Shown: positions 1 through 10,224, counted from the first letter of the stretch. The stretch: 64,000 bases of DNA from a virus (IMGVR_UViG_3300012000_000001:133027-197026), one strand, 5' to 3'. Translations and numbers: made by a program. The notes: generated by a model from the sequence alone, not told the origin.

Positions 1-415
1 TGCGATTAACATCTCTCATAACAGACGAATCATCAAATGCTTTACCTATAGCAATTCGGAATCTATATCTGGTAAAAATATCTAAAGTTTCAACACCGTC
101 AGTGGTCTCAATCACATCCGCTACTTTCTGCGTGATATCAAAATTAGTATGACCAATCCAAAAATTAAAAATTTTACCACTCATGGTATTGTCTGTGACA
201 GGTATCATGCCCATAGGAGTGGCTATAACTCTTACACGGTGTGCTTTATGTAATTCTTCTTTCTCTGAATCTGTTTCTTCATGACTATCGTTGTATTTAG
301 ACTTATCCGATTCCGAGTCCTCGTAGTCTCCCAAATATGGGTCATGATCAACATCTTCAATATCATCAGATCCGAATGGATCGAACCATTTTTGCCAGGA
401 TATAAGGTTGGTCAT
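1..415 (-). CDS. Hypothetical protein, 3' end runs off the window (MTNLISWQKWFDPFG...RYRFRIAIGKAF)
   Basis: Manual translation from ATG at 415 is open to the window edge; absent from the ORF track because it has no stop. Confidence 0.8.
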   Translation of the reverse strand, partial: MTNLISWQKWFDPFGSDDIEDVDHDPYLGDYEDSESDKSKYNDSHEETDSEKEELHKAHRVRVIATPMGMIPVTDNTMSGKIFNFWIGHTNFDITQKVADVIETTDGVETLDIFTRYRFRIAIGKAFDDSSVMRDVNR

Positions 416-506
416 AGTTGATACTTATTTCTTAGGTAAGAACAGACAGATATACTATACTATACACCCACAATATAGTAAGGAAAACTTGGCCAATAAA
501 CAAGAG

Positions 507-947
507 CTATTTCAGACTAAACGCTGCTCTTGGCCTGACTACGGGACCATTATCACCTAGGTTTTTTTCGAATTCGGCTTTTACTAAGCGATAGTAGGTA
601 ATTACATTATCGTAGAATAAATGCTCTTTGGTGGTCGTATCTTTTTTCTTTGTTTTATTTGTTATAGTCGTCAATAATTTCGGTTCTACTAAAGGATTGG
701 TTATATAAACTAATAACTCAGCAAATTTTTCTGCCTCAAAAGCAATTTCTGTTAATGACAAGTTCTCTAAATTTGGATGCATCATAATAATATCTACGTT
801 ATCATTTGGATGCAGGACTATGCTAAGAGTGTGGATATTATTTATTATGACATTATTATTTATTGATAGTTCCCCATCTTCTTTATGATTTGACGAGGAG
901 CGAAATAATTTTTTTAGCATTCGATGGAAATATGTTTGTATTGACAT
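507..947 (-). CDS. Hypothetical protein
   Basis: ORF track; tiles with neighbours in the minus-strand operon. Confidence 0.7.
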   Translation of the reverse strand: MSIQTYFHRMLKKLFRSSSNHKEDGELSINNNVIINNIHTLSIVLHPNDNVDIIMMHPNLENLSLTEIAFEAEKFAELLVYITNPLVEPKLLTTITNKTKKKDTTTKEHLFYDNVITYYRLVKAEFEKNLGDNGPVVRPRAAFSLK

Positions 948-1236
948 CTATATTTTTTAGCACTCCGTTGATAGTTTTTATTTCATAGTTAACAAAACAT
1001 AAATAATAAATAGTTAATATGTCATCTATTTTAACATCAGTTAATTTGGGCGTAACCCCATCAGATTCTTTCAAATACCTACTCAGTAATACTGGTATAG
1101 TCTCGTCTATGTTTTGATTCACAGATATTTCAATAGACGGAAAATTGATATCATAGTCTATTGTTGAAAGTATCTGATATGTATTAAGTGATGGTATAAA
1201 TATTGGTACAATGAGACTAAGCTGTGCATTTATCAT
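883..1236 (-). CDS. Hypothetical protein (likely start MINAQ at 1236)
   Basis: ORF track 883..1311; ATG at 1236 overlaps the 3' end of the upstream gene. Confidence 0.65.
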   Translation of the reverse strand: MINAQLSLIVPIFIPSLNTYQILSTIDYDINFPSIEISVNQNIDETIPVLLSRYLKESDGVTPKLTDVKIDDILTIYYLCFVNYEIKTINGVLKNIDVNTNIFPSNAKKIISLLVKS

Positions 1237-1816
1237 AAGATCTAATAATATCCAGTGCTCGTTTAATGTTTTGTCGAATAGCTTCTCTAGACACTCCAAA
1301 CTTTTTACCAATATAAGACAACGTATGATTTTCTAGATAATACATTTTAATTTGTATTTTTTGTTTTTCGGACAAGATACTATTATTCAGCAATTGATCT
1401 ATGTTTGTACTCAAGCACTCTGATTCTTCCTTAGCAATCAGCACATCTACTGGGTCTGCTGCCTTATTATCGGGTATAGAGGAATAAAAAGAAGAGTCAG
1501 CACCATCTTCGCTGAAGTTTAAGCTAATATTTGTATCAATATGCTTTTTATATTTATTAGTTACATAGGTTTTAATAGCCCATATAGCACATTGATTACG
1601 ATAAGAATATAGAGTTTTCTTTTGTCCGCTTTTACCAGACCTATTAGGATCAAAGCGCCAATCTGCATACATGATAGCGGTAGCAACATCTGATACCGCA
1701 TCTGTATTTTTTAACATTTCTGCCGACAGACCATTATAAAATCTTGGTCCAAATTTCGCAATCGTTTTTTTAGCTAAATTTATATACGAGTCCAAACTGT
1801 CATATGTTCTTTGCAT
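1217..1816 (-). CDS. Phage RNA polymerase sigma factor (sigma70 region-4 HTH)
   Basis: C-terminal LSEKQKIQIKMYYLENHTLSYIGKKFGVSREAIRQNIKRAL matches region 4; region-2-like WRFDPNRSG...YSYRNQCAIWAI. Confidence 0.8.
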   Translation of the reverse strand: MQRTYDSLDSYINLAKKTIAKFGPRFYNGLSAEMLKNTDAVSDVATAIMYADWRFDPNRSGKSGQKKTLYSYRNQCAIWAIKTYVTNKYKKHIDTNISLNFSEDGADSSFYSSIPDNKAADPVDVLIAKEESECLSTNIDQLLNNSILSEKQKIQIKMYYLENHTLSYIGKKFGVSREAIRQNIKRALDIIRSYDKCTA

Positions 1817-1850
1817 TATGTGTCCTTTTTAGAATCCTAAAACTTGAAAA

Positions 1851-2456
1851 TTACTTAGTTAACTTTTTCCACTGATCAGAATCTGGACGGTCCTTATCTC
1901 CAGGTTTTGCTGGTCGATATTTCTTGCCCATGCGTTCTTTCTTTTTACGAATATTTTCCCATAATCCAGGTCGCTCCGCAGACTTAGTATCGGCAGCGTC
2001 TGAGACAAACATGACAAAATCGTGAATAGTACGCATGTAATCCTCAGTAATGGCGATTTTACCCTGTAACCAGCTCTCTGTCAAGTTCTCTGATACCGAT
2101 GGGTTTTCCAATGCTGCTAAAATCTCTTGAGCATGAGTCATGATGGCTCTGATAGAGCCGACGCTCATCTCATAAAAGTCTTTCTTATACTCCATCATTT
2201 CTTGCTCAATGGTTTCGACTTCCATGTCTTCTACTTCGAGAAAATCTCCGTCTTCTGCTTTAGTTTTTCGGAGTTCTTTGAGCTTTCTCTTAATCATTTC
2301 TAGTTCTAATTCATCTTCTAAATCTTCTTTGCGCTGTTCAGTAGAAGAATCCTCTGTTTCCATATCGTGTTCATATTCTCCACAGTTACCTCCACAGCCC
2401 ATGCTTGCTTTAATGCTTTCATTAAGTGAATTTAAAAGATCATGAAATCTGCTCAT
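1851..2456 (-). CDS. Hypothetical acidic protein with basic C-terminal GLWENIRKKKER motif
   Basis: ORF track; the motif resembles modules common in large-phage proteins. Confidence 0.7.
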   Translation of the reverse strand: MSRFHDLLNSLNESIKASMGCGGNCGEYEHDMETEDSSTEQRKEDLEDELELEMIKRKLKELRKTKAEDGDFLEVEDMEVETIEQEMMEYKKDFYEMSVGSIRAIMTHAQEILAALENPSVSENLTESWLQGKIAITEDYMRTIHDFVMFVSDAADTKSAERPGLWENIRKKKERMGKKYRPAKPGDKDRPDSDQWKKLTK

Positions 2457-2479
2457 TGGTAAAACTCCTTATTCTTTAT

Positions 2480-3043
2480 TTATACTAAAATGCTTAAAAA
2501 GTTTTGTAGACTCATTTGTTCTGCTTGTTTCAGATATGCTTGCATCTCTATGATGCCTTTCTCAGACCCCTGTAGCAAAGGTATCGTTATATTAGCCGTA
2601 AGTTCATCTCCAGCATTTCTAGCAGACGTTATGAGTGCTCTTTCGTTTACAGCAGCTTTAACCACCGAAGCTAATATTGCATTTAATATACCTAACATAT
2701 CATGTCTGGGCCACACTACTTGAGGAGCATTGTAGACCACTGTAGTGTCAAAAAACTCTAGCCTATTTAAAACTATTCTGGCATGGTCATGCTCTTCTTC
2801 TGCATCTTTCTTGATAATATCTGCTATTTTTTTATAGCCCCACCTATCAAGATGCTCACCTATTGCAGTAAGCATTTGTGTTTGTTCCCAGTGAATAACA
2901 AGAGCTTCTTTCAGTAATTCAATAACTGAATCTTGAGCCATATTCTTAAAGGTTTCATCTGCTACATATTCAGCAGCTTTTGTTTTTTCATGATTCATGT
3001 TCTGTTGTTCCTTAATTAATTCTTCTAAACTTTTTAAAGACAT
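2480..3043 (-). CDS. Bacterioferritin-fold protein with degenerate ferroxidase centre
   Basis: RWGYKKIAD...EEEHDHARIVLNRLEFFD aligns by eye with Bfr NWGLKRLND...DEMKHADRYIERILFLE. Confidence 0.7.
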   Translation of the reverse strand: MSLKSLEELIKEQQNMNHEKTKAAEYVADETFKNMAQDSVIELLKEALVIHWEQTQMLTAIGEHLDRWGYKKIADIIKKDAEEEHDHARIVLNRLEFFDTTVVYNAPQVVWPRHDMLGILNAILASVVKAAVNERALITSARNAGDELTANITIPLLQGSEKGIIEMQAYLKQAEQMSLQNFLSILV

Positions 3044-3059
3044 CGTATAATTACTCCTA

Positions 3060-3596
3060 TCACCATGCTCTGCAAGACCAATATCTTGCTTTCCACTTTG
3101 GTCCCGGATTATCGCAGTTGTGTCTGGCTCTAAAACTTTTTCGTCGTTCTGGGATATTCTTCTTAATTTTCATGTTTGGATCACCAAAATTAACTTTTAC
3201 AACATTACCCTTTTCGTTTTTAACATATACGCTAAATTTTTTAGGCCCACCCGGAGTTCTAAAGGGTTTATTTAAAGTTACTTTACGACCTTGATATTCG
3301 GATGATATTGCATATAGATCGAATTCCTCTGTCAGCTCGGCAATATCTACATAATCATTATCATTTGGTATTACTAAATTTGATTTTGTTAATTCTTCGC
3401 CGTCTTCATCTTGGGTCGCATCAGAGTAATTTAAAATTTCACAGACCTGCTCTATAAGGGATGACTTTGTTTGACCAAGACAGATAGCCACTCTTTGTCC
3501 TGAGTCTGGATATTCTTTTTGCATTGTTTCATTACTCATGCAACGAGCAACAAAATCTTTAGATTTTTCATCTGAATTTGGCTTAGGAATTGGCAT
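3060..3596 (-). CDS. Conserved phage protein (N-terminal PIPKP..E...FVARCM module; C-terminal FGDPNMKIK..RRKSFRARH.C...YWSC module, DUF6321-like)
   Basis: Recognisable motifs in the translation. Confidence 0.7.
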   Translation of the reverse strand: MPIPKPNSDEKSKDFVARCMSNETMQKEYPDSGQRVAICLGQTKSSLIEQVCEILNYSDATQDEDGEELTKSNLVIPNDNDYVDIAELTEEFDLYAISSEYQGRKVTLNKPFRTPGGPKKFSVYVKNEKGNVVKVNFGDPNMKIKKNIPERRKSFRARHNCDNPGPKWKARYWSCRAW

Positions 3597-3598
3597 AA

Positions 3599-4666
3599 TT
3601 AATTACCGTTAATATGATTTAAAATGGTTTGTGCTGTATTAGTCCAGGAAAGTTGTCTAGCTGTATTTACACCAGCATTATTATTAACTATGTTATTATT
3701 GACCATATATCGCATGTGGTCTATAAACTGGTCTTTTTCTGAAGCTCCAATTTTAGCCCAATTACCTTGGCCAACAAAAGCCTTACCATCATTAGCCTTT
3801 TCAGTATTTAGGATATCTACTAAATATGAGTTGTCCGTATTACAAAATTCAGTATGGGCAGAGTAATTAGTCGCGATAACCGGCTTGTTCATAGCCATAC
3901 ACTCTAATAGCTCCATATTCCAACCCTCTGCTCTAGAAGGAAAAATTCCACAATTAGCTTGAGAAATTAATTTTGCAATATCTGCGTGATTATTAAAACC
4001 TGAAAATATTTTTATATTATCGTGTTTATACATATTTTTCCATTGCTGTATTTCTGTCGGTGAAGAATAGGAATTTGTTGTTTCTGAAGCTAAAATCCAT
4101 AATTCTACATTATTATTATTTGGAAAAGCATTCGTAAATAATTCTAATAAAATATCATGACCTTTACGAACTTCCCATTTTCCTATGTTGATAAACACAT
4201 ATTTATCTGATGATGGTGAAACATTGTTATATTTGACCGGATCGAATAAAGACAAGTCCACCCCTAGCGGAGCCACAAATGTAGGAGTATTAACGTGATT
4301 GGATATTATATTTGCTGCCCATTTACTGGTAGCGAAAATTCCATTGGGGACTCTAAGACTATTGATTTCTATATCATTAAAAGTGTCTAATTCAAAAAAA
4401 GGAAAAGCAAAATATTTTCCACGACCAACGTGTTCTAATAAATCAAATTGGTGCCAAATTTTAAGAAAGGGCGCATTGATATCACATAAATATCTTTGCT
4501 TTAATATTTGTATTACATAGTCATGATCTGATTGAGACTCGACTGAAGGTTGTCCTATAGGAAAATAAGATATTGTATTTCCCGATGCGTTTAAAGCCTT
4601 AATTATATTAAATGAAGCAATACCGTAGCCGGTACTGTTTATGGGCGCTGCTAAGTTAATATTCAT
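3599..4666 (-). CDS. Glycosyltransferase family 4 (GT-B)
   Basis: RKGHDILL, FPSRAEGWNMELLECMAMNKPVIATNYSAHTEF. Confidence 0.9.
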   Translation of the reverse strand: MNINLAAPINSTGYGIASFNIIKALNASGNTISYFPIGQPSVESQSDHDYVIQILKQRYLCDINAPFLKIWHQFDLLEHVGRGKYFAFPFFELDTFNDIEINSLRVPNGIFATSKWAANIISNHVNTPTFVAPLGVDLSLFDPVKYNNVSPSSDKYVFINIGKWEVRKGHDILLELFTNAFPNNNNVELWILASETTNSYSSPTEIQQWKNMYKHDNIKIFSGFNNHADIAKLISQANCGIFPSRAEGWNMELLECMAMNKPVIATNYSAHTEFCNTDNSYLVDILNTEKANDGKAFVGQGNWAKIGASEKDQFIDHMRYMVNNNIVNNNAGVNTARQLSWTNTAQTILNHINGN

Positions 4667-5766
4667 TAAACACCTAAAATTGGATTGTTGTTATTATGTA
4701 TTTTATTGACTTTACAGAATTGGCTGCATTTAGCCATGTATTTGATATGAGAGGCTCCTACATAGCAACAACATGAGCGGATTCCTCCCAATAACTCTTG
4801 CGTAACTTCACCGATTGTTCCTTTGTAATTAACTGTTATTTTTGTTCCTTCGGATGCTCTGTAGTCTTTTGTTCCATCTTCAAATGTGTCTTGTGAATGA
4901 TGCGTGCTCATCCCATAATACGTAAATCTGCCCTTGGTTTTTTTATCAGTTCCAACTATTGTTGAATAATCTCCGCCTAATTCCCACTCTCCTTCGCACG
5001 GCTCGCTACCAGCAAAATATCCTCCGAGCATCACAAAGTCACTACCAGCACATAAAGCCTTACATACATCTCCAACAGTTCTATGTCCTCCATCAGAACA
5101 TATTAATCCAAGCTTTTTAGCTCCGTTTTGAAGACCGTGGGCTACATAGGCATTTTCTAAACAACAGGACAATTGAGGCACTCCGCAGCCTGTCAAGAAC
5201 CTTGTAGTACAAGCTGACCCTCCTCCTATTCCGGTTTTTACAATATCAACACCACCATATATCAATAATTCCTGAGTAGATGAGGTATTCGTAACATTAC
5301 CAGCTATGATAATAGACTCAGAGAATTGATCCCTAACTTTTTTGCAATATTTTACAAACACATCCATGTGTCCATTAGGAACATCTATGCAAATATTAGG
5401 TTGTTTTCCAAGTTTGTCCTTGAGTTCTAGCAGGTGATTGAGGTCGCTTTTCTTGTATCCAATAGAGACAAAAGTATAGTCAAGATTATTAGGATGGTCG
5501 GTAAAATACTGCAACAAACTATCAACCGAATGATACTTGTGTAAACAGGCTATCATTTTTAGTTTTGCCAGTTCTTGAGCTAATCCAAATGAGCAGAAAC
5601 TCATATTCGCACACATAATGGGTATTCCCGTCCATTGTCTGGGAGAATGATAAAAATTAAATGTGCGTTCCAAATGAATTTCTGAACGACTAGTCAGTGT
5701 TGATCTTTGAGGTACTATTAAAACATCATCAAAATCAAGCTTAAGTTCATCAATAATTTTTTGCAT
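4666..5766 (-). CDS. guaC: GMP reductase
   Basis: LDFDDVLIVPQRS, IDVPNGH, IAGNV, KTGIGGGSACTTR, SDGG, VMLGGYFAG, YGMS, YRASEG, GGIRSCCCYVGA. Confidence 0.93.
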   Translation of the reverse strand: MQKIIDELKLDFDDVLIVPQRSTLTSRSEIHLERTFNFYHSPRQWTGIPIMCANMSFCSFGLAQELAKLKMIACLHKYHSVDSLLQYFTDHPNNLDYTFVSIGYKKSDLNHLLELKDKLGKQPNICIDVPNGHMDVFVKYCKKVRDQFSESIIIAGNVTNTSSTQELLIYGGVDIVKTGIGGGSACTTRFLTGCGVPQLSCCLENAYVAHGLQNGAKKLGLICSDGGHRTVGDVCKALCAGSDFVMLGGYFAGSEPCEGEWELGGDYSTIVGTDKKTKGRFTYYGMSTHHSQDTFEDGTKDYRASEGTKITVNYKGTIGEVTQELLGGIRSCCCYVGASHIKYMAKCSQFCKVNKIHNNNNPILGV

Positions 5767-5768
5767 AG

Positions 5769-5972
5769 TTATATTTTCTTTAAAAACTCGTCTGTATTAT
5801 AACACTTCCATGTTTGATGGCTATCAAATCCACATTCGCTAACACAAATTTTGGGTCCGGTGATCATACCCCGGCCTTTAAAATGATAAAGAGCGGATAA
5901 GATTGCAGATATTGGGTCATTACAATCTATAATATATTTTATCTGACCAGATTTAACATAGTATTTGGGCAT
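5769..5972 (-). CDS. Hypothetical protein
   Basis: ORF track, tightly packed in operon. Confidence 0.65.
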   Translation of the reverse strand: MPKYYVKSGQIKYIIDCNDPISAILSALYHFKGRGMITGPKICVSECGFDSHQTWKCYNTDEFLKKI

Positions 5973-5973
5973 A

Positions 5974-6504
5974 TTAAACCGAAAAAAAATACCATCGTTT
6001 GTATGTGTCTATATTTTCGGAAGTATTAATATGAGACAGATAGTCCTTTATATCACCCCATGAAGAAAAAATGGTTTGATGAGGAATGGTGCCGAACAAC
6101 CAGTCTGGGGCATTGATTTTGCCTTGCTCCATATGAATGATTATTGGTTTTTTTTGTCGATTAGCCCAAAAAATTTCTTCATATGTGCCGCAAGGATGAA
6201 TATCTAGATTTAGATTAACTATTAAAAAATCACTAATGTCTACGAGTCTTAAATCCACCCTACGAATAACTTTCATCATTTCTGATAATTCGTCATATCG
6301 TTCTTTTTGCTTTAGTTTAGTTTTAACAACATGAGAATCTCTATCTTCCATCCCTGTGTTAGTGGGTTTTGTTATAGGATTGAAAACTACAACACCCATT
6401 TCTTCCAAAAACGGCGTAATATTATCTCTCCAAGTCGCACCCCTGTCAGCAACCCTATCCATCGCACCGGCCAAATAAACTCTTTGATTTTGGAGTCTGT
6501 TCAT
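5974..6504 (-). CDS. Nucleoside 2-deoxyribosyltransferase / dNMP N-glycosidase-like protein (likely start MNRLQ at 6504)
   Basis: VYLAGAMD, VFNP, D..LVDISDFLIV, GTYEE motifs. Confidence 0.75.
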   Translation of the reverse strand: MNRLQNQRVYLAGAMDRVADRGATWRDNITPFLEEMGVVVFNPITKPTNTGMEDRDSHVVKTKLKQKERYDELSEMMKVIRRVDLRLVDISDFLIVNLNLDIHPCGTYEEIFWANRQKKPIIIHMEQGKINAPDWLFGTIPHQTIFSSWGDIKDYLSHINTSENIDTYKRWYFFSV

Positions 6505-6653
6505 AAGTTTAGTAAAATTAATTATCGGTAAATAAAAAAGTAAATAAATTTTTTGATGAATATAGCCTACTACAACTAGACCTATCACTAAGCCTATATT
6601 GACCATCGACCATACCAAATACAATTGCCAAAGCCAAGAACATTAATATAATT

Positions 6654-7388
6654 TCAACCATTTTTAAAATATCCAATATATTTTTGTCTCATACTATTTA
6701 CTTCATCAATCATTTGCTGTAGATGCTCTGGATTTGTTGACCTACCAGTAGGATTGTGATAGTAAAGGCCAACCGGGTGGTTGACCATCTTTATTCTAGC
6801 ACCTCCGACCGCACAACGCAACCACATATCTCCATCGGAAGCCGTCTTATAGTTTTCATCGAACCAACCAAATCTATCATGCAAATTCTTTTTCCATAGA
6901 GGCATACAGTGAGGACTATTGTTTAGGAATAGATTATTAAATGAGTGTGGCAAACAAGGATAGATCGAATCATATGTATTGTCTTCATATTTTTCATTAG
7001 CAATATTAGATATATAAGTGATTCCATATGCAATATCCAGTAAATCATCTCTTTCAAAAGCTTTAAGTAAAATTTCTGTACTGTGTATGTTTTTTCGATC
7101 ATCTATATTCCAGTTGCCAATTATAGGAGCTGTACATAATTGAATAGCTTTATTCCAACCAGCATACAGTCCAGGATCTGAATCTAGTCTATAATATTTG
7201 ATATTCTCATATCTTTTTACTAATGGTTCGATATATCTGTGTTCTGATTCTGGAGAATTACAATCTAAAAAAATAAATTCAATATTTTCAAAAATAGACT
7301 GTCTGAGAACATCGTATAGGTAGCCGTCAATAAATTTTTCTCCTTTATAGAGAGAACAAAATAATGAACACTTATAATTATCGGTCAT
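6654..7388 (-). CDS. Glycosyltransferase family 2
   Basis: SLYKGEKFI, LDCNSPE, GLYAGWN, NIDD, GWFDENYKTASDGDMWLR. Confidence 0.9.
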   Translation of the reverse strand: MTDNYKCSLFCSLYKGEKFIDGYLYDVLRQSIFENIEFIFLDCNSPESEHRYIEPLVKRYENIKYYRLDSDPGLYAGWNKAIQLCTAPIIGNWNIDDRKNIHSTEILLKAFERDDLLDIAYGITYISNIANEKYEDNTYDSIYPCLPHSFNNLFLNNSPHCMPLWKKNLHDRFGWFDENYKTASDGDMWLRCAVGGARIKMVNHPVGLYYHNPTGRSTNPEHLQQMIDEVNSMRQKYIGYFKNG

Positions 7389-8031
7389 GCTTTCTTCCTT
7401 GCCAGTGGGTGCCTATTAAACCACAATGTACAGCATATACATCTGGTAGATAAATTTTTTTGTTTGGTTTATTTTGCCAGTATTTTGATACAAACATCAT
7501 ATCATGCTGTGAAACATCAATATTCTCTGGCAAAGGATATATTTTGTTTTGTAATTCGGGCATTATGATATTCTTATGAAAGAATTGAAAATACCCAAAA
7601 AAACCAATATTTTCTACGGTATTATCCCCATTAGGATAGTCCGTATGGTTATTGTAAATTTTACGCGGACAAGAGACTATGTTGCTTTCGTTAATTAACT
7701 TATCATCTAACAAAGACTTTATACGATTAATAGGATCTGTAAAAATAATATCTGCATCTGTAAATAAAATCCAATCATCATCTTGAAATCTTTCTGGATG
7801 GGTTAATAAAAATTCATTGGTTGCTGCGGCTCTATTAAGAGGGTTGTTATTTTTAAAAAATGTATCTGTTTGGTATAAAAAGATATTATTGTTTAAACAA
7901 AATTTTTCTGTATCTTTATCTGAGGTTGATGATAAAATACTTAAATTATGAATAATATCTTTATTGTAGGAGTAGACAAATTCTAGGTAATCTACAAAAT
8001 TAATACAAGTAATTATTGTATGATATTTCAT
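7378..8031 (-). CDS. Putative GT-A glycosyltransferase
   Basis: DxD motif (FTDADIIF), GYFQFF; located in GT cluster. Confidence 0.65.
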   Translation of the reverse strand: MKYHTIITCINFVDYLEFVYSYNKDIIHNLSILSSTSDKDTEKFCLNNNIFLYQTDTFFKNNNPLNRAAATNEFLLTHPERFQDDDWILFTDADIIFTDPINRIKSLLDDKLINESNIVSCPRKIYNNHTDYPNGDNTVENIGFFGYFQFFHKNIIMPELQNKIYPLPENIDVSQHDMMFVSKYWQNKPNKKIYLPDVYAVHCGLIGTHWQGRKHDR

Positions 8032-8606
8032 TATTTCACCTCATAGATCCAACAATATTCTTGAGTTTTAATATTGTGAACACCTAGTATTTCGTTAACA
8101 GCAGTATTAACTCCAGGCCATCCGTGATTATAGTCATGTCCAGCCAATATTCCACCCTTCTTAACTTTAGGTAGCCATGCTAATATATCTTCATGAACAC
8201 AGCTATATTCGTGACAAGCATCTATAAAAACTATATCAACAGATTCGTTCTCAAATAATTTTGATGCTTCTATTGAGTTAGATTTTATATTACGAATATA
8301 TTGGCTTACGCTTGATGTATTATTAAGATAAGTAGAGTATAGCTCACTAATATTAGTGTTAAAATGCGGGGATGATTTATCAATGTTTTCAGCTGATCCT
8401 TCCCAAGTATCTATGGCATAGAATTCTATGGTTTTATTAGAATTAGCTATCTCTACTGCCATATATGCTGTACTTTGTCCTTTATAACTGCCTATTTCTA
8501 CTATTGATCCGCCATCATTTAGTCTATGAACAAAAGATGTGTATAGCATAGGAAACGTGAACCAGTTCTCTGGAAATTTATTGCGATCATAATAAAAATG
8601 ATTTAT
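8031..8606 (-). CDS. Class I SAM-dependent methyltransferase (Methyltransf_24-like); probable 5' extension to an ATA at 8606
   Basis: VEIGSYKGQS, IDTW, VFIDACHEY, LPKVKKGGILAGHDY; frame open upstream of the track ATG (8549). Confidence 0.85.
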   Translation of the reverse strand: MNHFYYDRNKFPENWFTFPMLYTSFVHRLNDGGSIVEIGSYKGQSTAYMAVEIANSNKTIEFYAIDTWEGSAENIDKSSPHFNTNISELYSTYLNNTSSVSQYIRNIKSNSIEASKLFENESVDIVFIDACHEYSCVHEDILAWLPKVKKGGILAGHDYNHGWPGVNTAVNEILGVHNIKTQEYCWIYEVK

Positions 8607-9376
8607 ATTATGGTCTCCTTAAATACGTTTGCGTCTAATTGATTAGAGTCAAAATTATGCCATAAAGAGTTATACAGTTCTGGCGTGAAGTGTATATTTT
8701 TAATATCACTCCAATGCTCTATAGTATAAATAGGTAATTGGTGTTTCTCTTTGAGATATCTAATATTATATGTGTTTTCTGCAATCGGTATTGCTTTTAA
8801 ATATAAGGATTCCCAAATTCTATGGGAGTCTATTCCGTTCCCGAGTGGACATACATTAAAATAAGTCTTAGCTAGTTTTGTTGTATATTCATGAAAAGAT
8901 ATATTGTTTTCAAAATATTGTGAATCTATATTTTGTAAACACAAACTTCGCTGTTTTAGATTTGTGTGTACATTAAAGTTAGCATATAATATAAACTCTT
9001 TATTATAATTAATATTGAAGGTGTTTTGTAATATATCTACATCACCGTGTGGCCATTCGATATTGGCTATACCTATTGGTATGGGAACTAATTTAGAATG
9101 AGCATAGTCAACGTTTTGAGCATACCACGTTTTTAGATAAGAATACTCTAAATAGTGTTTATGATTATGGTTGATACCATGATCACTATTGTGAGTAATT
9201 AAATTAAATTCATAATTAGGTAATTGATTACTATTAAAAAATAAATGAATATAGTCTGTTTTAACAAAAAATGTTGGACAATTATTACTTTTTACAGATT
9301 GGTTTTCTCGAAAGCCATGTTCATCTAAGACATAGTCACAGATCGATTTGAAAAAATGCCCAGTAATAAAATTCAT
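8603..9376 (-). CDS. Exostosin-like glycosyltransferase-related protein
   Basis: THNSD, WYAQN, PIPIGIAN, CPLGNGIDSHRIWESLYLKAIPI. Confidence 0.7.
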   Translation of the reverse strand: MNFITGHFFKSICDYVLDEHGFRENQSVKSNNCPTFFVKTDYIHLFFNSNQLPNYEFNLITHNSDHGINHNHKHYLEYSYLKTWYAQNVDYAHSKLVPIPIGIANIEWPHGDVDILQNTFNINYNKEFILYANFNVHTNLKQRSLCLQNIDSQYFENNISFHEYTTKLAKTYFNVCPLGNGIDSHRIWESLYLKAIPIAENTYNIRYLKEKHQLPIYTIEHWSDIKNIHFTPELYNSLWHNFDSNQLDANVFKETII

Positions 9377-10224
9377 AGAATCTCTGCAAAATTTTTGGAA
9401 TGTATGTGGGCATTGTAAATGGGTACAAATTGATTGTTATAATGAATAAATAATTTTTTATTAATTAAATGAATATTAAATTGTGAAAAATTCACTACAC
9501 AAGTTTCATTAATAAAGCCTTTTGTATTATTGGGCTGAGTAGAGTCTAGAATATCTATTCCATATAAATATTGGCCTATGGCAGCACCGTCGAATACCCC
9601 AGCAAAGTCCTGATGCATATTTCCAAAATTGATATTTAATTGAGGATCAACCAAATCGAATGTAATAATAGGTAGATTAGTAACAACATCTCTATGTTTC
9701 TGAAAATATAATGCCAAATTTCTCATATCGTCTAGATTGTTATTTGTATAAACAAAATTTGCTATTCTATTCGAAGCAATAGTGTTTCTATACCATATGA
9801 TAGAGGGCACGCATCTAAACGAATGATCCAATACTATTGCCGTATCATATTGAGATTTTTCTAATATATCGGTAGAATTTTGCAGGTTAGAGAGGGTGGC
9901 GATGTCGTTTTCTATATGCCAAAAAGAATACAGTTTTTCTTTTCTAGCATAGTTATCTATTAAAATAAATCTGGAAGAGGTTCTGGGAAAAAATCCATCT
10001 CTAAAAGATGTATCATAATTATTAATACTATATGTTGCATATCGTTCGTCTGTTATAGAATCTAAATCTATTAAAATTACGTCGGGACTGAGTATTAGAT
10101 GATGAAACTTTGTTTCTAAGATCAGATGAACACGAAAGCCTTCTCTGTGGGCTAGGGCTATACAGTCGTTTATATGGAAAGGAAACTGTGATCCACTATG
10201 AACCAAAATTAAATCTGTAGCCAT
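9373..10224 (-). CDS. Putative glycosyltransferase-like protein
   Basis: HIENDI (ExD), FDGAAIGQYLYG, GFINET, terminal HIHSK; GT cluster context. Confidence 0.6.
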   Translation of the reverse strand: MATDLILVHSGSQFPFHINDCIALAHREGFRVHLILETKFHHLILSPDVILIDLDSITDERYATYSINNYDTSFRDGFFPRTSSRFILIDNYARKEKLYSFWHIENDIATLSNLQNSTDILEKSQYDTAIVLDHSFRCVPSIIWYRNTIASNRIANFVYTNNNLDDMRNLALYFQKHRDVVTNLPIITFDLVDPQLNINFGNMHQDFAGVFDGAAIGQYLYGIDILDSTQPNNTKGFINETCVVNFSQFNIHLINKKLFIHYNNQFVPIYNAHIHSKNFAEIL

